Positions 29,517-39,363 of a stretch of 64,000 bases of DNA are shown here, in pieces; position 1 is the first letter of the stretch; the number at the start of each line of letters is the position of its first letter. This DNA comes from Eubacteriales bacterium (lineage in GTDB: Bacteria; Bacillota; Clostridia; Oscillospirales; CAG-272). The notes under the pieces were generated by a model. It searched no databases. It was not told where the DNA came from and saw only the letters and a program-made list of their open reading frames with translations. The DNA lies in the NCBI GenBank assembly GCA_045656605.1, contig JAZORO010000078.1, positions 564 through 64,563 of the forward strand, written 5' to 3'. The position numbers and the translations under genes were made by a program.

Positions 29517-29564
29517 AAGCCCAGGGCACGCATACTCGGAAGAGTAGCTGCTCGGGGCTTTTTT
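29517..29564. terminator. terminator between convergent recX and glnN
   Basis: aagccc (29517-29522) / gggctt (29555-29560) stem with a structured loop. T-run on plus, A-rich on the other flank. Confidence 0.45.
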
Positions 29565-29571
29565 AATCGTA

Positions 29572-31671
29572 TTAAACTCTGAAGGTTATATCGCCGTACG
29601 TAGGCATAGGCCAATATTCACGTGAGCAAAGCACTTCCATAGAGTCGACAAGACGTCTGAGAGCGGTCATCTTCGGAATTACGCTATTCTTGTAGTAGAA
29701 TGCCGCATCCTCGTCGGTAGACTTTTTAACAGCGTTGTTTTCGACACGCTCCAGCTCCGAATATGCGGAGTACGTTCTGGAAAGCAGGGTGGAGAGCTTC
29801 TCGACAAGATCACACTCGCATCCACAGTCTGCGCCGGGCACTGCCGTCTTCTTTACACGGATTCCATCAGCGAGCTTAGCTATGTACGAGCTTACGGCGG
29901 GGATAATATCCCTGATAGTCATCTCAAGCATCGTCTTAGCTTCTATATTCTTAACCTTACGGTAAATCTCAAAGAATATCTCTCTGCGTGAGCGCATCTC
30001 GGTCTCGCTCATAACGCCGAATCTGCCGAAGAGCTTCACGTTCTTCTCGTCTGTGAAGTGGTCGTATGCCTCGGGAGACGTCTTGAAGTTGTAGAGCCCT
30101 CTCTCAGCTGCCTCCTCCTCCCACTCCTTCGAATAGGAATTGCCAGAGAAGAGAATTCTCTTATGCGCCTTGAAGGTCTCGGATATAAGCTTCGCAACCG
30201 CCTCGTCAAAGTTCTCGGCTGCCTCGAGCTTGTCCGCAAAATCGGCAAGCGATTCGGCTACCGCAGTGTTTATAACGATATTCGCAAGCGCAATATTTTG
30301 TGATGATCCGACCATACGGAACTCGAACTTGTTGCCGGTGAAGGCGAAGGGAGACGTTCTGTTCCTATCGGTGTTATCCATTCTTATAGAAGGAACGGAG
30401 GGCACTCCGAAGGACATATATTTTGTATTCTTTTTCGAGTAGGTAGAGCCGTCGATAATCGAATCTACAATAGTCTCAAGCTCATCACCGAGGAATATGG
30501 AGACAATTGCGGGGGGCGCTTCACCGCCGCCGAGACGGCAGTCGTTACCTGCTGTTGCGGCAGAAATACGCAAAAGATCCTGATACTTATCGACAGCCTT
30601 GATTACCGCCGCAAGAATCAATAGGAACTGCTTGTTTTCCTCGGGGGTCTTGCCGGGCTTAAGAAGATTCACACCCGTGTCTGTGGATAAAGACCAGTTG
30701 TTATGCTTGCCTGAGCCGTTTATGCCTTCGAAAGGCTTCTCTGAGAGCAGGCACGCCATACCGTATTTTGACGCTATCTCCTTCATATATTCCATAGTCA
30801 GAAGGTTATTATCTACGGCTATGTTGGTGGTGCAGTATATAGGTGCAAGCTCGTGCTGTGCGGGAGCTGCCTCGTTGTGCTTAGTCTTGGCGCTGATACC
30901 GAGTTTCCAGAGCTCTCTGTCGAGCTCGTGCATAAATGCGCTGACCCTCGGACGGAGTACGCCGAAGTAGTGATCCTCCATTTCCTGGCCCTTAACAGCG
31001 GGCGCACCGAAAAGTGTCCTGCCGCAGTAGAACAGATCCTTTCTCGCCTTGAAGTCCTCTTCGTCGACAAGGAAGTATTCCTGCTCAGCTCCGACAGTAG
31101 CGGTAACCCTCTTCGCTGTGGTGTCACCGAAGAGGCGTACTATTCTTAACCCCTCGGTGCTGATTGCATCCATAGAGCGCAGAAGCGGTGTCTTGGTGTC
31201 AAGAGCCTCGCCGGTATAAGAGCAGAAGGCGGTGGGAATATAGAGAGAGCCGTCCTTGATGAAAGCGTAGGATGCGGGATCCCAAGCCGTGTAGCCCCTT
31301 GCTTCAAAGGTAGCACGAAGACCGCCGGACGGGAAAGAAGAAGCGTCGGGCTCGCCCTTTATCAGCTCCTTGCCCGAGAATTCCATAATAGCCTTACCGC
31401 TGCCGACAGGAGTGAGAAACGCATCGTGCTTTTCTGCCGTAACGCCCGTCAGAGGCTGGAACCAGTGCGTGAAGTGGGTAGCTCCGTGCTCTACCGCCCA
31501 GTCCTTCATCGCTCCTGCAACCACGTCGGCGATAGAGGGGTCTATCTCCTTGCCCGTAGCGATAGTGTTGAGCAAGGACTTATATACATCCTTAGGCAGC
31601 CTTTCTCGCATCACGTCTTCGCTGAAAACCTGTGAGGCGAATAGGTCTGGGATTCTTTCGGTCTTTTCCAT
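29572..31671 (-). CDS. glnN: glutamine synthetase, type III
   Basis: 699 aa. N-terminus FSEDVMRERLPKDVYKSL...HFTHWFQPLTG is characteristic of GSIII. Confidence 0.9.
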   Translation of the reverse strand: MEKTERIPDLFASQVFSEDVMRERLPKDVYKSLLNTIATGKEIDPSIADVVAGAMKDWAVEHGATHFTHWFQPLTGVTAEKHDAFLTPVGSGKAIMEFSGKELIKGEPDASSFPSGGLRATFEARGYTAWDPASYAFIKDGSLYIPTAFCSYTGEALDTKTPLLRSMDAISTEGLRIVRLFGDTTAKRVTATVGAEQEYFLVDEEDFKARKDLFYCGRTLFGAPAVKGQEMEDHYFGVLRPRVSAFMHELDRELWKLGISAKTKHNEAAPAQHELAPIYCTTNIAVDNNLLTMEYMKEIASKYGMACLLSEKPFEGINGSGKHNNWSLSTDTGVNLLKPGKTPEENKQFLLILAAVIKAVDKYQDLLRISAATAGNDCRLGGGEAPPAIVSIFLGDELETIVDSIIDGSTYSKKNTKYMSFGVPSVPSIRMDNTDRNRTSPFAFTGNKFEFRMVGSSQNIALANIVINTAVAESLADFADKLEAAENFDEAVAKLISETFKAHKRILFSGNSYSKEWEEEAAERGLYNFKTSPEAYDHFTDEKNVKLFGRFGVMSETEMRSRREIFFEIYRKVKNIEAKTMLEMTIRDIIPAVSSYIAKLADGIRVKKTAVPGADCGCECDLVEKLSTLLSRTYSAYSELERVENNAVKKSTDEDAAFYYKNSVIPKMTALRRLVDSMEVLCSREYWPMPTYGDITFRV

Positions 31672-31812
31672 AAATGAGGATTCCCTTCAAGATTTAGAGT
31701 TTTTATATATTATATACTATGAGTTAGATGTTGTCAAGAAAAAAACGCCTTTACAGACACTAAAACGGAAAAAATGGCAAAATTCTTATTCTTGGCACTT
31801 TAGATATATCTA

Positions 31813-31841
31813 TTGACTTTTATAAGGGCATTTGATATAAT
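31813..31841 (+). promoter_or_regulatory. consensus-like sigma-A promoter of the exonuclease gene
   Basis: TTGACT at 31813-31818, 17-nt spacer, TATAAT at 31836-31841. Confidence 0.5.
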
Positions 31842-31864
31842 TATGTAGATTGAAGAGAAAATAA

Positions 31865-32857
31865 ATGAAGGATTTGCGGATGTATTATATAACGTTAGAT
31901 CTGGAGTGGAACCAGGCGTACGCTCAGAAGGCTTTGGCTGTACAGCGTAAGCTAGCATCTAGGCTTAGGGGCGAGGTTATACAAATCGGCGCCGTTAAGC
32001 TTGATGAGAGGCTTAATATTTGCGGTTCATACCAGATTATAGTAAAGCCTAAGTACTTTAAAAAATTACATAAGCACGTATCCTCTCTTACGGGTATAAC
32101 TCAGGAACAGATAGATATCGGCACGTTTCTTCCGGATGCCGCCGAGAGCTTTAAGCGTTGGTGCGGAAATAATTTTGTTTTCCTTACTTGGGGCCCTGAC
32201 GATATACCTATGCTTAAGGAAAATTTCCACGTTAATTCCATACCGTCCGGTTGGCTTGATTGCACTTATGACCTTCAGAGGATATTTGCGAAGCAGACTG
32301 ACGGCGGCTCGAAGCAGTGGTCTCTTGAATACGCTATGGAGTATTTTGAAGTTCCGCAGAATTTGCCCGCTCACGACGCTCTTAACGATGCATACTTCAC
32401 AGCTCTCGTAGCGCAAAAGCTTGACGTCGCAGGCGGCATTAAGAGCTATGATGAGCGAGAGGGAGATTATCTCGAGAGTGTGGTTGTCGGCGATGCGGAC
32501 GCAGGGGATGACGGCTACGTCACAATCGGAGAGATGCTTGAAGATGAGTCTGTTGTGTCACCTAAGTGTCCGATATGCGGAGAGAAGCTCGAGAGAAAGG
32601 ATAAGGCGCTTCATACGAAGGGGCAGAGATACACCTTCCATATGGGGTGTAAGAATGACGGAGATATGCTCCTCGTCCTTAAGATGCACCGTAACTTTAA
32701 CGAGACGTGGAGAGCAAAGCGTACCATATCCCTTGCTAAGGAAGAGCAGATCTTGGAATTTAAAAAGGGTATTGAGAGAGGCAATGCAAAGCGTAGAGTT
32801 GTGCGCAGAAAGCCACGTCGCCCACGCAGAAATCTATCGGCAAATGATGCTGAATAA
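31865..32857 (+). CDS. DEDDh-type 3'-5' exonuclease with a C-terminal Zn-ribbon-like module and a basic tail
   Basis: 330 aa. ExoI LDLEWN, ExoII FLTWGPDD, ExoIII HDALNDA. CPICGEKL...FHMGC, then RRVVRRKPRRPRR. Confidence 0.75.
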   Translation: MKDLRMYYITLDLEWNQAYAQKALAVQRKLASRLRGEVIQIGAVKLDERLNICGSYQIIVKPKYFKKLHKHVSSLTGITQEQIDIGTFLPDAAESFKRWCGNNFVFLTWGPDDIPMLKENFHVNSIPSGWLDCTYDLQRIFAKQTDGGSKQWSLEYAMEYFEVPQNLPAHDALNDAYFTALVAQKLDVAGGIKSYDEREGDYLESVVVGDADAGDDGYVTIGEMLEDESVVSPKCPICGEKLERKDKALHTKGQRYTFHMGCKNDGDMLLVLKMHRNFNETWRAKRTISLAKEEQILEFKKGIERGNAKRRVVRRKPRRPRRNLSANDAE

Positions 32858-32918
32858 TGCAAAATTAACAATATTTCGAAACTCGTTTTGTTTAATTCAA
32901 CAAAATTTTCTAAAACTA

Positions 32919-32947
32919 TTGCTTTTTAAAATACATTATGCTATAAT
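32919..32947 (+). promoter_or_regulatory. sigma-A promoter of the 38-codon gene
   Basis: TTGCTT at 32919-32924, 17-nt spacer, TATAAT at 32942-32947. Confidence 0.5.
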
Positions 32948-32989
32948 TGTTTCACGGTAGAGATTATACTTATCTATTTGGAGGTAAAT

Positions 32990-33106
32990 ATGAAATACGA
33001 AGTTCCTGTATGTGAGTTGCTTAAGTTTAATACTTCAGATATTATTACTACCAGCGGCGATCACGGTATGACCGATCCCGTTGATCCTAACTCCGACAGC
33101 AACTAA
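32990..33106 (+). CDS. small 38-aa peptide of unknown function
   Basis: GGAGGT RBS 6-7 nt before ATG 32990. Reads MKYEVPVCELLKFNTSDIITTSGDHGMTDPVDPNSDSN, stop at 33104-33106. Has its own promoter and a strong terminator. Below the track length cutoff. Confidence 0.55.
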   Translation: MKYEVPVCELLKFNTSDIITTSGDHGMTDPVDPNSDSN

Positions 33107-33127
33107 TTACGTGATATAACGAACAGA

Positions 33128-33164
33128 GGGCATAACTATAGTTGTGCCCTTTTTTATTTTTTTT
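33128..33164 (+). terminator. rho-independent terminator of the small-peptide gene
   Basis: gggcataac (33128-33136) / gttgtgccc (33141-33149), loop tata, followed by T6-A-T8. Confidence 0.8.
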
Positions 33165-33270
33165 ATTATGCGCAGGCGGAATAAGCTTGGGTATCGTAAT
33201 ATATCCGTTTGGATTCAGGTTGAAACAAGAAGCGCCGAGCATATTACGTGCAGTCGGAACTTTCGGAAAT

Positions 33271-33284
33271 AAAAAGGACAACGA
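33271..33284. repeat. left copy of a 14-nt perfect inverted repeat (AAAAAGGACAACGA)
   Basis: Read directly. Its reverse complement occurs at 33611-33624. Confidence 0.6.
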
Positions 33285-33345
33285 TTTAGATTTGTACTCT
33301 TAAGAGTAGTTTTTATACTAGATAGAATACGATACCTACCGGCAG

Positions 33346-33396
33346 AAAAAGGGACAGAGAATGTTTTTTACAATCTCTGTCCCTTTTTATTTTTTC
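33346..33396. terminator. bidirectional rho-independent terminator
   Basis: gggacagaga (33351-33360) / tctctgtccc (33374-33383), flanked by an A5 run and a T5 run. Confidence 0.8.
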
Positions 33397-33607
33397 TTGT
33401 TTTCTTGGCAAGTACTGCATTTGCGGGCGCAAATGCAAATATTATTTTGTCGATATGTTTCGCTCTGCCAAACTCGATATTATATAAATCCCCCGTTCCC
33501 AGAGCAAACACATTGAGCCGAAGGGATATCGAGTGGCGCTTAACCACATATCGCAAATCCCCGAAGGAATTAATATCGCTGCGTAATGTCCTTAGGGCAC
33601 TACGCAT
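33368..33607 (-). CDS. questionable 79-codon ORF downstream of thiT
   Basis: ATG 20 nt after the thiT stop, preceded by AAGGAC. Basic sequence with no recognisable family. The stop lies inside the terminator stem. It could equally be noncoding 3' UTR. Confidence 0.25.
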   Translation of the reverse strand: MRSALRTLRSDINSFGDLRYVVKRHSISLRLNVFALGTGDLYNIEFGRAKHIDKIIFAFAPANAVLAKKTRKNKKGQRL

Positions 33608-33610
33608 TTC

Positions 33611-33624
33611 TCGTTGTCCTTTTT
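33611..33624. repeat. right copy of the 14-nt inverted repeat (TCGTTGTCCTTTTT)
   Basis: Read directly. Immediately follows the thiT stop codon. Confidence 0.6.
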
Positions 33625-33626
33625 TA

Positions 33627-34445
33627 TCAGTTAGCCTTAGTTTTTTTGCTCTTTGAGATGAAGAATAAAACGACGGCTAAAGCCAAAGCAACGGCTGTAG
33701 CCACTGCCACAAATATCCAATTAACGTCAGAGAGCCCCGACATATCGAACAAGCCTGTCTCTCCGTTCTGCGTATGCGGAGCGATCAGTATGACGTCGAT
33801 AATCAATCCTACGAGAAGAGAGAGTCCGCCGAGGGCGTAGCCGAGCCCCTTCTTGTCAGAAGAATTATCCGACCTTGCTATTCGGGCGGGAATAGCACGA
33901 GTAAAATCGATAACTCCGCCGAGATAATACGCCGTAGATGCGAGGACGATACATTCGGGAAGCATATACGTGGCGTTATAGCCTATGGAATAAATCAGCG
34001 CAGCTTCTGTCGGTATTGACAGTCCTGCCCATACGGTTGCGCCGGATATAGTATGACATACGTAGCGAAGTAAGGATACAAAAATTGCGCTGAGAAGCAA
34101 AGAACTCCTCTGAGAGAGCTTTTTCGTTCTGAATATTCCGCCGAGCCCGACAAGAGTGAACGCAATTATGTAGTCAATAAGTATAATTGCAACGATAGAT
34201 TGCCAGGTTGTGAAATAGGAGAGCGTCTTCAACCCCAAGAGCTGCTGGAGCGTAGCATAGACGATTCCCGCACCGAGACCCCAAGCCGTACCGTTTCGAT
34301 AGGCGAGGATTACGATGGGCAGCATAGATGCCGCCGTCACAGAGCCGCCATACGGCATTTCGACGAATTTGAGAATGCTGAGGATGGTAGCGAGCGCTAC
34401 CATCAGCGCTGCTTCTATAAGCAGCTTTGTTTTTGACCTTTTCAT
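33627..34445 (-). CDS. thiT: thiamine transporter ThiT (ECF S-component-like) with an extra C-terminal two-helix extension
   Basis: 272 aa multi-TM protein directly downstream of a TPP riboswitch. N-terminal roughly 185 aa resemble ThiT/YuaJ. The C-terminal roughly 85 aa add two more hydrophobic segments. Confidence 0.75.
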   Translation of the reverse strand: MKRSKTKLLIEAALMVALATILSILKFVEMPYGGSVTAASMLPIVILAYRNGTAWGLGAGIVYATLQQLLGLKTLSYFTTWQSIVAIILIDYIIAFTLVGLGGIFRTKKLSQRSSLLLSAIFVSLLRYVCHTISGATVWAGLSIPTEAALIYSIGYNATYMLPECIVLASTAYYLGGVIDFTRAIPARIARSDNSSDKKGLGYALGGLSLLVGLIIDVILIAPHTQNGETGLFDMSGLSDVNWIFVAVATAVALALAVVLFFISKSKKTKAN

Positions 34446-34460
34446 AAAAAAAGACCTCCA

Positions 34461-34605
34461 TTAAAAAATACCGCACAGGATATACAATCCGTGCGGTATG
34501 ATTTAATGACAATCACTCAATCTCCCTACGACGGCATTATCCGTATCAGGTTAAAGGGTTTGACTCTCGTCATCTCAGCCGATAAAGGCACCCCTGATTC
34601 TATAT
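34461..34605 (-). promoter_or_regulatory. TPP (THI-box) riboswitch with terminator expression platform
   Basis: Minus strand reads CAGGGGTGCCTTTATCGGCTGAGATGACGAGAGTCAAACCCTTTAACCTGATACGGATAATGCCGTCGTAGGGAG (about 34520-34600). Then hairpin taccgcac/gtgcggta (34469-34498) plus a U-run, just before the thiT RBS GGAGGTC. Confidence 0.88.
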
Positions 34606-34622
34606 TCTGTTCGGTTAAGCTT

Positions 34623-34651
34623 ATTTTAGCACACAAAAATCGCTCTGTCAA
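34623..34651 (-). promoter_or_regulatory. sigma-A promoter driving the TPP riboswitch and thiT
   Basis: Minus strand reads TTGACA (34651-34646), 17 nt, TAAAAT (34628-34623). The -35 box overlaps the thiN stop codon. Confidence 0.5.
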
Positions 34652-35346
34652 GGGATTTGCGTATAATCAAACGAATCTTCTACAAAGGAGACGTGAGCCT
34701 TATCGTCCATAATTATAAGCAACTCGCCCTTTACCACGGAAACTGTGACCGTCTCGCCGGTAAAGCTGTTTGATACCCCGAGAGGGAACTCGTCTGATAG
34801 GAATGCATCCTCGCACTCATATTTCGCTCCCTTAATATCGACTCCTGCCGCCTGACCTATTGCGAAGACGGATAAAGCAGCGCCGGGCTCACAGCCCGAA
34901 AGCTCTACCGCTTCGTTTTTGATAACCAGCGCTTTAACTCCGTCTCCGAAAAGAACAGCGCTATGTCCCCTGCGCTTTGAGTATAAAAGGAGAGAAACAT
35001 TCGCAAAAGTATGGTCGTCTCTGCCACCCATACCACCGAAAATCTCAAAATGCTTATAGCCTCTTTTCACACCCTCAAGATAAGCGAGGAAGGTATCTGT
35101 CTCATCCTTTTCGGCAGGAACACGTATAATCTCTACACCCTCGGGCTCATATCCGAGAGAGTCGAAATCCCCGATAAGCAAATCACACCTTGCTTCGTTT
35201 TTGGAAAGCCACTCGTATCCGCCGTCAGCAGCTATGACAATGTCATTCCTGTTCGGCGCAAATTCTTTGTATATTCCGGCGGCTCCGATAATGTAACAGG
35301 TTTTGTTTTCCGCCCTATTTTGTGAATAAAAGTTGTCAAATTCCAT
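34648..35346 (-). CDS. thiN: thiamine diphosphokinase
   Basis: 232 aa. IAADGG, GDFDS and DETD motifs. Confidence 0.85.
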   Translation of the reverse strand: MEFDNFYSQNRAENKTCYIIGAAGIYKEFAPNRNDIVIAADGGYEWLSKNEARCDLLIGDFDSLGYEPEGVEIIRVPAEKDETDTFLAYLEGVKRGYKHFEIFGGMGGRDDHTFANVSLLLYSKRRGHSAVLFGDGVKALVIKNEAVELSGCEPGAALSVFAIGQAAGVDIKGAKYECEDAFLSDEFPLGVSNSFTGETVTVSVVKGELLIIMDDKAHVSFVEDSFDYTQIP

Positions 35347-35347
35347 A

Positions 35348-36610
35348 TTATTCCCCTAAACCAAGTATCTCATCAAGAGCTCGCATAACACCGAGTTTTC
35401 CGTAATCGTAGCTTAAGCCACCCTGCATATAAGCGGTGAACGGCTCGCGCATAGGGCCGTCGCACGACAATTCGTTTGTCGCTCCTGTAACGAACGTGCC
35501 TGCCGCCATAACCTCGGGGTGAGGATATCCCGGCATTTCGGAAGGCACCGGCGTTGCATACGACTCTACGGGAGAGCCTTTCTGTATTCCGATGCAGAAC
35601 TTAACAAGCTTATCGCCCGAGTGTAGATTTATCGTCTGGACGATGTCGGTGCGCTTCTCATCGTATTTCGGACTGACATCGGGGAATCCCGCAAGCTCAA
35701 GAAGCCTTGCCGCAAACACCATGGACTTAAGAGTTGCCGCTACGGTTGTGGGCGACATAAATAAGCCCTTGTAGAACGAGGCGAGCTGGTTGAAGTTAGC
35801 TCCGAGCTCTTTTCCGACACAGGGAGCGGTGAGCCTTTCTGCGATATCGAGTATGACGTCGCTTCTTCCCACGCAGTATCCGCCGCTGAGCGCATAGCCC
35901 GCACCGAGGTTCTTCATCATAGACCCGACAAACACGTCGGCCCCTACGTCGGTAGGCTCTCTGTCCTCGGTAAACTCGCCGTAACAGTTGTCTACCATTA
36001 TTACGGTATCGGGAGAGACCTCTTTAACCACTTTTATTGCTTCTGCTATCTTGTCGATCGTCAGACTTTTTCTCTGCGAATATCCACGGCTTCTCTGTAT
36101 AGCCGCAACCTTAACGTCGCCCCTTTGCATTCTTTCCTTGATTTTCTCAAGGTCGAAATCGTCGCCTATGAGGTCTATCTCCTCGTATTTTATGCCGTTT
36201 TTGATAAGGGAGTTGCGGCTGTCTCCTGCCGTACCGATAACGCTCCTGAGAGTATCATATGGCTCGCCGGAAATATATACAAGCGTATCTCCGTACTTAA
36301 GTAAGCCGCCGAGAGTAACCGCCAGGGCGTGAGTGCCGGACATAAGCTGCGGCCTTACGAGCGCATCCTCCGCTCCGAAAATCCTTGCATAAACCTCCTC
36401 GAGCTTATCTCTGCCTGCATCCGATGAGCCGTAGCCTGTGGTTTCAATGAAATCGGATGTGGAAACTCTGCACTCCTGGAACGCCTTCAGCACCTTTGCC
36501 GAGCAGAGGAGTGCGTTCTCGTCTATTTGCTTGAATACCTCGAGGCAGTCCGACTCGGCTTTCTTTGCAAGCTCTGCCGTCCTGTCGCTTATGTTGTAAC
36601 CGTAATACAT
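35348..36610 (-). CDS. ynbB: methionine gamma-lyase family PLP protein (YnbB / aluminium-resistance type)
   Basis: 420 aa. TGYGSSDAGRDKLEEVYARIFGAEDALVRPQ and SGTHA are typical of this family. Confidence 0.75.
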   Translation of the reverse strand: MYYGYNISDRTAELAKKAESDCLEVFKQIDENALLCSAKVLKAFQECRVSTSDFIETTGYGSSDAGRDKLEEVYARIFGAEDALVRPQLMSGTHALAVTLGGLLKYGDTLVYISGEPYDTLRSVIGTAGDSRNSLIKNGIKYEEIDLIGDDFDLEKIKERMQRGDVKVAAIQRSRGYSQRKSLTIDKIAEAIKVVKEVSPDTVIMVDNCYGEFTEDREPTDVGADVFVGSMMKNLGAGYALSGGYCVGRSDVILDIAERLTAPCVGKELGANFNQLASFYKGLFMSPTTVAATLKSMVFAARLLELAGFPDVSPKYDEKRTDIVQTINLHSGDKLVKFCIGIQKGSPVESYATPVPSEMPGYPHPEVMAAGTFVTGATNELSCDGPMREPFTAYMQGGLSYDYGKLGVMRALDEILGLGE

Positions 36611-36625
36611 ATATTTTCTCCTGTA

Positions 36626-37312
36626 CTATATTTCTAATAAAAGCTTCGCAACTTCATCGAGCGAATGTATTTCATAATCGGGAATTACCCCTTCGGCTTT
36701 ACGGTGATGAGGGTTGAACCAACAGGTCTTTATCCCCGCATTTACGCCGCCCAGAATGTCGGAAGTAAGGCTGTCTCCTATGATAATCGTCTCGTCCTTG
36801 CAAAAACCGTCTATGTGTGAGAATACGATATCAAAGAATTCGGCGGACGGCTTTACAGCACCCATTTTTTCGGATATGAATATCTGCTCAAAATATTCTT
36901 TTATCCCCGCACTTTTTATTCTCGGTGCTTGAACTCTTTCCGTACCGTTGCTCGTTATAAAAAGCCTGTACCTCGGTGAGAGCTCCTTGAGCATAGCTTC
37001 CGCTCCGTCTATAAAGTAGTGTCCGATGCCGAGTCGCCTTTCGTACTCCTTCTTAACGGGCAGGGCGGAGACCAGGGGCTTATTAAGCTTATCAAAGAGT
37101 ATTTCAAATCTTTTTACCAAGACTTCATCTCTTGTCCATTCTCCCGATTCAAGCCTTTCCCAACAGGATTTGTTTATCCTGCTGTAGAGCTCGGTTACTT
37201 CATCCGTAGGCTCTATGCCGAATTCAAGAAGGGTGTGCGAGATAGCTATTTTCTCCGCTTTTTTAAAGTCCAGCACCGTGTCGTCAAGGTCTAGGAGCAC
37301 CGTCTTTATCAA
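36626..37312 (-). CDS. HAD-IA hydrolase, YjjG-like nucleotidase family
   Basis: 228 aa. LLDLDDTVLDF motif I, ITSNG motif II, IIGDSLTSDILGG motif IV. Confidence 0.7.
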   Translation of the reverse strand: MIKTVLLDLDDTVLDFKKAEKIAISHTLLEFGIEPTDEVTELYSRINKSCWERLESGEWTRDEVLVKRFEILFDKLNKPLVSALPVKKEYERRLGIGHYFIDGAEAMLKELSPRYRLFITSNGTERVQAPRIKSAGIKEYFEQIFISEKMGAVKPSAEFFDIVFSHIDGFCKDETIIIGDSLTSDILGGVNAGIKTCWFNPHHRKAEGVIPDYEIHSLDEVAKLLLEI

Positions 37313-37435
37313 GGCTATAACTTCCTTTCTCGTTCTTTACGCAAATATTCTATCACAATTTTTTTCTCATTTCAATAGAAAAATAAAAAGGCGACTTTAT
37401 TTTTAAGGCATAGTTTCCACAGAGGCGAGTAAAGC

Positions 37436-37492
37436 AAAAAAAGAGAAGATATAGCGTAATGCTCCTGACGAAGCGTTTACGCTGTATCTTCT
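37436..37492 (-). terminator. terminator of the ATP synthase operon
   Basis: 16-bp stem agaagatatagcgtaa / ttacgctgtatcttct (one mismatch), followed on the minus strand by a T7 run. Confidence 0.75.
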
Positions 37493-37529
37493 TCTTATTA
37501 TTAAGTCAAAATATCGGTTGTGAATATTG

Positions 37530-37931
37530 TTACAGACCTTCTTTAACCTTAATGCGGTTGAGCGCTCTTGCAAGCTTTGCCTTTGCCAAAGCGATAGCTT
37601 TGCCATCCTTAGCCGAGCAGAGCAGGGCGTACGCTTTCTCCTTCGCCGCCTTCGCTCTGTCGAGATCTATATCGTCCTTATATTCAAAGGTTGTAGCGAC
37701 GAGAGTCACAGTATCACCGCATACCGTAACGAATCCGCCCGAGGTGGAGGCGACTCTGTCGCCGTCCTTCGTCCTTATACGGGTTCTGCCGGTCCCGAGA
37801 GAAGCAATATAATCGACGTGTCCCTTTAGAATCTCAACGTCTCCGTCGGACGTGTGTGAAAGAAGGCTTATAGCGTTTCCGTTAAATACCTCTCCGTCGG
37901 GAGTCGCTACTATAAGATGAAATTCACTCAT
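37530..37931 (-). CDS. atpC: F1 ATP synthase epsilon subunit
   Basis: 133 aa. Position after atpD. Typical beta-sandwich plus helical hairpin sequence. Confidence 0.9.
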   Translation of the reverse strand: MSEFHLIVATPDGEVFNGNAISLLSHTSDGDVEILKGHVDYIASLGTGRTRIRTKDGDRVASTSGGFVTVCGDTVTLVATTFEYKDDIDLDRAKAAKEKAYALLCSAKDGKAIALAKAKLARALNRIKVKEGL

Positions 37932-37934
37932 AGC

Positions 37935-39350
<1,416 letters not shown>

Positions 39351-39363
39351 TCAAAATCCTACT

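Noticed and set aside
31793-31812. TGGCAC element resembling a sigma-54 -24 box upstream of glnN and the exonuclease gene
   Set aside because: The -12 position reads ATATA rather than TTGC, and the orientation and spacing do not fit either gene.
33087-33281. 64-aa minus-strand ORF overlapping the 38-codon gene and its terminator
   Set aside because: It reads through a strong terminator hairpin and a poly-T/A tract (the KKNKK stretch). The plus-strand gene has far better signals.
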